From assembly GCA_965202665.1 (NCBI GenBank), contig OZ241841.1:1408001-1472000 (forward strand): 64,000 nt of DNA, given 5' to 3'. Shown piece after piece: positions 57,924 to 64,000 of this stretch. The position numbers and the translations under genes are program-made. Within the stretch, counting starts at the first letter, position 1. Each line of letters starts with the position of its first letter. Source of the stretch: Candidatus Spongiisociaceae bacterium. Lineage in GTDB: Bacteria; Actinomycetota; Acidimicrobiia; Spongiisociales; Spongiisociaceae. The notes beneath the pieces are model-generated. The model had not been told where the DNA came from. It saw nothing but the letters and a program-made list of their open reading frames with translations, and did not search any database.

Positions 57924-58114
57924 GTTTGTCCGTCCGCCGGCGCCTCGGTCCAACCACCTTTACAAGAGGCTCCAGCCGGGTCGCAGGTTCCCGCCAGAGT
58001 TGCCAACCGCACCTAAACACAGCGGGCGGCAACATCCCCCAAGGCCTCAAAATGGCTAGGGAGGGGGCGGCCCTGCCCGCTGTGCCGAGCGACCGGCCAA
58101 GAATCACCAAAGCC

Positions 58115-58220
58115 GATTTGACAGGGGGAGGCAGCAGCGTTTTTGTCATCGCGGCCGGTTGGTTGCCCGATCGGCGGTTGCAAGTTGATAGGCTTCGGGC
58201 GTTAGGAGTAAGGAGGAATG
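58115..58220 (+). promoter_or_regulatory. Decayed third copy of the SLH promoter/leader
   Basis: GATTTGACA-GGGGGAGG-CAG-CAGCGTTTTTG...GGTTGCCCG...CGGGCGTT...AAGGAGG parallels 52521-52628; spacer only 11 bp. Confidence 0.65.
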
Positions 58221-58347
58221 TTGATCCCCGACGGCCGGGAAGCCGGGAGGCCCCCCGCCCGCTTCGGGCAGGCGGCGGCGGCCAAGCGAGCGCCGGTTGC
58301 ACCGAACGGATGGTATGGCGCGCTCCGGGCGGATGCGTCGGGGGGCA

Positions 58348-58385
58348 GGGATTGATTTGACAAAATAGGGGGGGGGGGGTAAGAT
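58348..58385 (+). promoter_or_regulatory. Promoter of SLH gene 2 with G12 tract in the -35/-10 spacer (17 bp)
   Basis: TTGACA 58357-58362; G12 58368-58379; TAAGAT 58380-58385. Confidence 0.82.
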
Positions 58386-58470
58386 TTGGGGCGTTGGGTT
58401 GCGGCTGTACGGGTTGCACGCCGAGATCTGCGCGCAAGGATAATGCCTGGACTATAAGGAGGAAGAGATA

Positions 58471-61400
58471 ATGCCCCGCGTTGCGGAAAAGCGTTGGTTG
58501 ATACTGGTAGTGATGCTGGGCCTGGTGGCCGGGCTGTTGGGCGTTGACGACCAGCGGGCGGTTGCGACGCATGGGACGGACCCAGATGTGGATTTCGAGG
58601 CCACCTATTCGGCCTGCGTGGGAGCGGCCACCGACCCGGCGGGGTTTGAGGACACGGCGGGATCCTTTGCGGAGGACGCCATCAACTGCTTGGCCCATTT
58701 CGGGGTGACCCAGGGCCGCACCCCCACCACCTACGCCCCCAACGATTCGGTTTTGCGGTGGCAGATGGCCCTTTTCCTGGCCCGGGCGGCCGGTCCGGCG
58801 GGCATCGTGCTGGAAAACCCGGCCACCGACCAGGGCTTCACCGATGTCGGCGGCCTGTCCGACTCGGCCCGCAACGCCATCAACGGCTTGGCGGCGGCGG
58901 GGATAATGCCCGGGGCTACGGCTGCCACCTTCACTCCCAATCAGCCGGTGACCAGGGCTTCCATGGCAATGTTGATAGACGCTTTCCTCCGGGAGGCGCG
59001 TCCCGGAACCGGCGCTTTCGGGTCCGAAGCCTCCAAGTATTCGGAGGTGGTTTCGGACAGCAACGCGGTTTTCAACGACCTAACCGGGGTTTCCATCCTG
59101 GAATTCAACGCCATCGGACGTATTTACGAGTTGGGGATAACCAGGGGGGTGGGGGACCACCAGTTCGGTCCCCAAGGCTTTGTGACCCGGGCGCAGATGG
59201 CCGCCTTCATCACCCGGGCTTTGGCCCACACCGTCGCCCGCCCCGCCGGGGTGTCGGTGCAGATCTCCCAAGACACCGTCAAAGGAGCGGGGTCCTCGAC
59301 GGAGCTGTTGATTTCGGTGCGGGACGCCGCTTTCGAGCCGTTGGCTGATGCGACGGTGGATGTGTTCAGCTCCGCCGACGCTCCCGCCGCCTTCGCCTCC
59401 GACGGCTCCTGCGCCACCGGAAAAGTCACCGGGGTGATCGGCGCCTTCGCCTGCCAGGTGGACCGGAACGACGAGGTAACCGACATTACGGGGGATATCA
59501 CCGATTTGACTTTGGACAACATTTCCGCCGCCACCACGGTGTGGGCGTGGACCGGCGAGGTGGGTGACAAATACGGTTCTGAAACCGACGCCTCTTCGGC
59601 GACGGTCGGTTTCGTCAAAGCCCCGGCCAAGGTTTTGGTGTCGGACGATCTAAAATCCGACCAGCAGCTGTTATCGCTGGGCCAGACCATCAAATTCACG
59701 TTGCAGGTGGCGGATGAGGACGACAATCCGGCGACGGAGCCCGGATGGCGAATTCCCATTACCATCAGCGAAACCACTGGAGCCGGCGCGACGACCGGCA
59801 GTTCCTCCACTCATCTCACGGACGACCAAGGGCGGGTGGAATTGTCGTTTACCAAGACCGGAACCAGCGCCCCCGGGGAAACGGCCAAAGTGACCCTTCA
59901 GATCGGAGCCTCCGCCGCCGTCAGCGATGATGTGGCCGTCAAACCGGGAGTGTCCGGCAACTTGCCGGTGGTGGACATGACCACCAACAAAGTGGAGACC
60001 GTGGGTGATGACGCGGGCAAATACGTGGCTCGTTGGTCTGAAGAAGCCTCGGAGCCTACCACTTTGACCATCAGTCCCAACAATCCGTTTACTTTGGCTT
60101 CAGATACGGGTCGGGGGGCGGTCAACATGGTTACCGCCACTTTGACCGACCAGTACGGGGCGGGGGTGCGGGGGGCCAGAATCGCCTTCCGCTCCGATGA
60201 TCAGAACGGCGTCGGAGGCGCCGGCGACGGTCTCAACGTGACCATCTCCCGAGAGGCTCCACCGCGGGGAGGATTTAATGTTCATGCTATCGCTTTGGAG
60301 GTTTCCCCGGCCTTCATAACCACTGGGACATCCGAGGTGGAGTTTACCATCACCGCCCGCCGTACCTCCGGCGTTTCGGTCGGTTATGATTTACCGATCA
60401 ATTACGCTATCGATCTGGCCTATGGAGTCACCGCTACGCCCGAAGCCCTTTCCGGGGTTCTGGTCATTCCTAGAGATTATGTGAGCGGTTCCGTCGTCCA
60501 CCCGTCCATGACACTGTCCGTTCCGGAAGACGCGGTGGGTCTCAGTATATTCATCGGAAGAGTCGGTGCCTTGCCTACCGGGCCTCCCATCACCGTCGGT
60601 AGGACCCAAGTGGATATTGTGGAAGGCGAAGGCGGGGAAACGGTACATTCTGACATTGTTTCCCAAGGGGGTGTCCTGAAGATTGTTCCGTGTCAGTTCC
60701 CGAGGCTGGTGGGTAGCGATCTCCTGCCGGGAGGGGTGACTCCGGTGCGTTGTTTGACCGGTGAGCCCCGTAACAACAATTACCGTACCACCAATCGCTC
60801 CGGGAAGGCTATTTTCTCTTACAGTCGAGATGACGACAGCGGCGGTTTGGAAACCATCTGGGCTTCCTATCTGCTAAGAGACACCGGAGACATTACAGAA
60901 AGCTTGTTGTCTGACCGCCTCTACCACCCCTGGGCGGAGGAAACGGACGGGAACGTCAGCGGTCAAATTCTGGTGGCGGACGCCGACAACGATCAGGCGG
61001 TGATACTCTCCGGGTCGGGCTATGCTCCTCAGTTGGTCAAATACGACAGCAACGATCAGTTGAGTAGCTTGGACGGGTTGGACATCTACGCCAATTTTGA
61101 CAAGCACATGGGTCGGGTGGAAGGTGAGCGGTTACCCGGATATATGACGGTGGGGTCCTATTCGGGCACTGCTAGCGGAGTTAGCCAAATTTCCCTTTAT
61201 GGCCGATCCACCTATCAGCCCCCCAGGCACATCGCCGAGGCTATGGATGATAAAGCCGCCATAGCCGTCTCTGGCAACGGGGTGGTGGTGATCGGCGTTC
61301 CGGATAGAAATGCGGCGTACGTGTATAGCGGCCTTGGGGATCGCACACCGCAAACCTTGACCCTTAACAATCGTACCGTATCTGAGATAGATGATAACGG

Positions 61401-62679
61401 ACTAAGCGGTAGTGGCGGCAATATTCGCACACGCGTTCGGGCCACGACTGCTTCCTCCTTCGGGACGGATGTGGCTATCAGTGATGACGGGAACACGATT
61501 GTGGTCGGCGATCCCCAACGGAACCACCCCGATCGCCAACTTACTGCAGTTCACCATGGGGCGGCTTACGTTTATACCCGAGGTTCGGGCGGGCAATACC
61601 AGCTGGCCGCCCTCTTGTCCAACGATTATTATTTTCATCAAGACAATCCCTATCACGGGTCTAATTTCAAAAGCCTTAATTTCGGGGCCGGGGTTGATAT
61701 TTCCGGGGATGGGAATACCATAGCCGTGGCCTCGCCCGGTGGCGGTTACAAGCCGCCGCATCCGGGTATGATTGGCCATGCTTGCCACCCGTCATCCGGC
61801 AACGATTGCGAGGTTGGATACATACATGTGTACCCCAAACCGGATGGCGGATGGCGAGACGACCACGGTTTCTACCGGGTCGCTTCCGCCGAGTTGGTTC
61901 CGCAGACATCTAGTACCTTGGGCACACCTATCTACCCCAATGATATTGACCTTGGCAAATACCGGAGCGTGAGCGTTTCCTATGACGGTTCGGTGGTGTC
62001 AGCCGGGGCTCCATTGACCTATATTCTTTACCCCGACCCCAACAACCCGGGCGACACGATTGAGCGCGAAGAATCTGGCGGGGTTTTTGTATGGGAAAGG
62101 CCGGATGACGGATGGTCCACCTCTGAGCCAACTGTTTACAACGCACTTCTGGGGTTGACCTTCGAGGACTCGGAAGATTTCGGGTGGATAGGAGGGGGGG
62201 CGCGGCTGTCCGCTGACGGTTCTACAGTGGTGTTTTCAGGTAATCATCCGGAGGCAGGCGATCCAAAAGCGGAGTTGTACGTTTTCCGCAAACCCGCCAC
62301 TGGCTGGGCCATTAGCGTCACTTACCAAACCTTGTCCCTTCCCGATTTGCAAAATAGAGGTAGTGCCACTTATACCATTAACGGAGTAGAAGTACAACGA
62401 CAGTTTATACCATCACAAGCGGCGTTCGGCCAGTGGGTTGATGTAAGTTGGGACGGCTCGGAAGTGATAACCAACCGCCATCTGCAATCACTAGGCGATT
62501 ATCGCGGGGGCGTGGTAGTGTTCGCCCGTTCCGCCGACGGAAGTTGGGAACCGGCTGGCGGTTTCCTCGGTGACGCCGGAAGCGGGTTCGGCCGCTACGC
62601 CGCCGTCGGAGGCGACGATTCCGTGGTGGGTGCCGACCAGTTTGGAGGTAAAGTAACCTGGATCAGCCGTCCCCGCTGA
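58471..62679 (+). CDS. Secreted SLH protein with Ig-like region and C-terminal FG-GAP/beta-propeller repeats (paralog 2)
   Basis: N-terminal ~330 aa closely matches paralog 1 ('YSACVGAAT', 'APNDSVLRWQMALFLARAA', 'VTRAQMAAFITRA.AHTVARPAGVS'); divergent C-terminus. Confidence 0.88.
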   Translation: MPRVAEKRWLILVVMLGLVAGLLGVDDQRAVATHGTDPDVDFEATYSACVGAATDPAGFEDTAGSFAEDAINCLAHFGVTQGRTPTTYAPNDSVLRWQMALFLARAAGPAGIVLENPATDQGFTDVGGLSDSARNAINGLAAAGIMPGATAATFTPNQPVTRASMAMLIDAFLREARPGTGAFGSEASKYSEVVSDSNAVFNDLTGVSILEFNAIGRIYELGITRGVGDHQFGPQGFVTRAQMAAFITRALAHTVARPAGVSVQISQDTVKGAGSSTELLISVRDAAFEPLADATVDVFSSADAPAAFASDGSCATGKVTGVIGAFACQVDRNDEVTDITGDITDLTLDNISAATTVWAWTGEVGDKYGSETDASSATVGFVKAPAKVLVSDDLKSDQQLLSLGQTIKFTLQVADEDDNPATEPGWRIPITISETTGAGATTGSSSTHLTDDQGRVELSFTKTGTSAPGETAKVTLQIGASAAVSDDVAVKPGVSGNLPVVDMTTNKVETVGDDAGKYVARWSEEASEPTTLTISPNNPFTLASDTGRGAVNMVTATLTDQYGAGVRGARIAFRSDDQNGVGGAGDGLNVTISREAPPRGGFNVHAIALEVSPAFITTGTSEVEFTITARRTSGVSVGYDLPINYAIDLAYGVTATPEALSGVLVIPRDYVSGSVVHPSMTLSVPEDAVGLSIFIGRVGALPTGPPITVGRTQVDIVEGEGGETVHSDIVSQGGVLKIVPCQFPRLVGSDLLPGGVTPVRCLTGEPRNNNYRTTNRSGKAIFSYSRDDDSGGLETIWASYLLRDTGDITESLLSDRLYHPWAEETDGNVSGQILVADADNDQAVILSGSGYAPQLVKYDSNDQLSSLDGLDIYANFDKHMGRVEGERLPGYMTVGSYSGTASGVSQISLYGRSTYQPPRHIAEAMDDKAAIAVSGNGVVVIGVPDRNAAYVYSGLGDRTPQTLTLNNRTVSEIDDNGLSGSGGNIRTRVRATTASSFGTDVAISDDGNTIVVGDPQRNHPDRQLTAVHHGAAYVYTRGSGGQYQLAALLSNDYYFHQDNPYHGSNFKSLNFGAGVDISGDGNTIAVASPGGGYKPPHPGMIGHACHPSSGNDCEVGYIHVYPKPDGGWRDDHGFYRVASAELVPQTSSTLGTPIYPNDIDLGKYRSVSVSYDGSVVSAGAPLTYILYPDPNNPGDTIEREESGGVFVWERPDDGWSTSEPTVYNALLGLTFEDSEDFGWIGGGARLSADGSTVVFSGNHPEAGDPKAELYVFRKPATGWAISVTYQTLSLPDLQNRGSATYTINGVEVQRQFIPSQAAFGQWVDVSWDGSEVITNRHLQSLGDYRGGVVVFARSADGSWEPAGGFLGDAGSGFGRYAAVGGDDSVVGADQFGGKVTWISRPR

Positions 62680-62703
62680 TCTAATATGAAAGGCAAGTCT
62701 TTA

Positions 62704-62737
62704 GGGGTGGCCCCGAACGTGACCACGGGGCCGCCCC
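62704..62737. terminator. GC-rich stem-loop, likely terminator
   Basis: ggggtggccccg / cggggccgcccc inverted repeat just after SLH gene 2. Confidence 0.7.
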
Positions 62738-62760
62738 AACCTTCTCCGGTTTCCTACGGG

Positions 62761-62922
62761 TTATGACAGCAGGGCGGCTGTGAAAATGAGTAGCCGTACA
62801 AGTGGTGTCCAAAATCCGCCATCAATGATTAGTGTGATCTTTGTGTTTTTTCTTGCTAGTCGACATCCGTCTTTTTCTTCCCATAGTTTGCTTTCTCGTT
62901 CATAGTGAAATGTAACGGCCAT
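62761..62922 (-). CDS. Possible small membrane peptide (~53 aa)
   Basis: AT-rich ORF with purine-rich RBS-like sequence and hydrophobic C-terminus; no recognised family. Confidence 0.3.
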   Translation of the reverse strand: MAVTFHYERESKLWEEKDGCRLARKNTKITLIIDGGFWTPLVRLLIFTAALLS

Positions 62923-63009
62923 TGCCGTTCTCCCTTCACTCGGAGCGGGGTTTTCCTGCTGTTGATGACAACATACGGGATTTTTCCCAAATGTCAACCT
63001 AAAAGGGTT

Positions 63010-63915
63010 TTAGGAGTTGGGCGGGGCGGTTTCCGCTCCTAGTTGGCGGGAGCGTTCGGTTCCGGCCGCCACCGCCTGTAGAATCAGCTCGGCGAAGCCG
63101 CCTTCTTCCATCACTCGCAAGGCGGCTTCGGTTACCCCTTGCGGGGAGGTGACCCGCCTTCGCAACTCGGACGGATGTTCGGAGGAGGCGGCCATCATCG
63201 CCCCCGCCCCTTTGATGGTTTGGGTAGCCAGCAACAGGGCGGTTTCGGGGTTCAGGCCCGCCCGTTCCCCCGCCTCCGCCATCGCTTCCGCCAGCCGGTA
63301 GGCGTAGGCGGGGCCGGAGCCGGACAGGGCGGTTACTGCGTCCAGCAACGGTTCGGACACTTCCACCACCTCCCCCACTGCGGCCAGCACGGTGCGGGCC
63401 GTCCGTATATGGACGGTGCGGGCCAGGGAACCGGGGGCGCATCCGGTTATCCCCTCCCCCAGCAGGGCGGGAGTGTTGGGCATGGCGCGGATCACCGGAA
63501 CCCCGGGCAGGGCCGCCTCGTAGCGGGTAATCCGCACCCCGGCCACCAGCGCGATCAGCAACGATTCGGGGGTGACGGCCCCCGCCAACTGTTCCAAAGC
63601 CGGATCTATATGTTGCGGTTTTACGGCCAGGACCACCGCCCGCCGGCCGACGATCCCGTCCGCCGGGCTTGACACGGTTAGGCAACCGGTGGTTTCCCGC
63701 AGTTCCTCCGCCCGCGGCGGGTGGGATTCCACCAGGGTGATTTCCTCCGGGGCCCAACCGGAGTTGAGCAGGCCGTGCAACAACGCCCCGCCCATGGCCC
63801 CCACCCCCATGATGGCCAAATCGGGACGTTCGGGCGGCGGTTGATGCTCCATACGGGGAGTATACAAATCACCCGCCTTACGGCAGGCGGTCGGGTCGGG
63901 GGAGCGACCGCTCAT
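63010..63915 (-). CDS. proC: Pyrroline-5-carboxylate reductase
   Basis: 'G.GAMG', 'LAVKPQ', 'RAMPNTP', 'TALSGSGPAY', 'VTSP.G.T'; start may be 63852. Confidence 0.95.
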   Translation of the reverse strand: MSGRSPDPTACRKAGDLYTPRMEHQPPPERPDLAIMGVGAMGGALLHGLLNSGWAPEEITLVESHPPRAEELRETTGCLTVSSPADGIVGRRAVVLAVKPQHIDPALEQLAGAVTPESLLIALVAGVRITRYEAALPGVPVIRAMPNTPALLGEGITGCAPGSLARTVHIRTARTVLAAVGEVVEVSEPLLDAVTALSGSGPAYAYRLAEAMAEAGERAGLNPETALLLATQTIKGAGAMMAASSEHPSELRRRVTSPQGVTEAALRVMEEGGFAELILQAVAAGTERSRQLGAETAPPNS

Positions 63916-64000
63916 CCGCCCCTTTCCGCGCCGGGCGCCGGGGCGGTGAGTCGGCGGACCGTTTCCCGAACTACGGCGAGCAACGCCTCCACCGCCGCCC
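63912..64000 (-). CDS. 3' end of an upstream gene, truncated by window edge
   Basis: Open frame 'GAAVEALLAVVRETVRRL...' ending in TGA that overlaps ATG 63915. Confidence 0.4.
   Translation of the reverse strand, partial: AAVEALLAVVRETVRRLTAPAPGAERGG

Noticed and set aside
52636-62679. Diversity-generating retroelement or invertase shufflon acting on the SLH genes
   Set aside because: No reverse transcriptase, TR/VR pair with adenine-specific differences, recombinase or inverted repeats were seen; both genes are co-oriented.

Overview
High-GC bacterial chromosomal window; gene content and style suggest an actinobacterium, possibly a host- or sponge-associated Acidimicrobiia (inference only). 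Core genes include serA-like, argCJBD with ARG boxes, ribD-like, three tRNAs, manC, dgt, uppS-like, pyrE, nfo and proC. Accessory blocks are: (1) a 42-bp higher-order tandem array ahead of an AAA/DUF4143-type ATPase, abutting an AT-rich DNA phosphorothioation island (dndA divergent from dndBCDE) followed by a four-gene pbeABCD-like effector module; (2) an MNT-HEPN toxin-antitoxin pair between ~300-bp duplications of the flanking gene ends; (3) an acyltransferase with inserted ankyrin repeats; (4) a full Mrr and a solo Mrr_N gene; (5) a LacI-controlled ABC/SnoaL/HisD-paralog catabolic operon of unknown substrate; (6) two paralogous S-layer-homology surface proteins. Each of the latter has a promoter with a poly-G tract between -35 and -10 (G11 with a 16-bp spacer; G12 with a 17-bp spacer), and a decayed third promoter copy lies between them. 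This candidate phase-variable surface-protein switch is the most striking unexplained signal. All assignments come from motif reading only; no searches were run.
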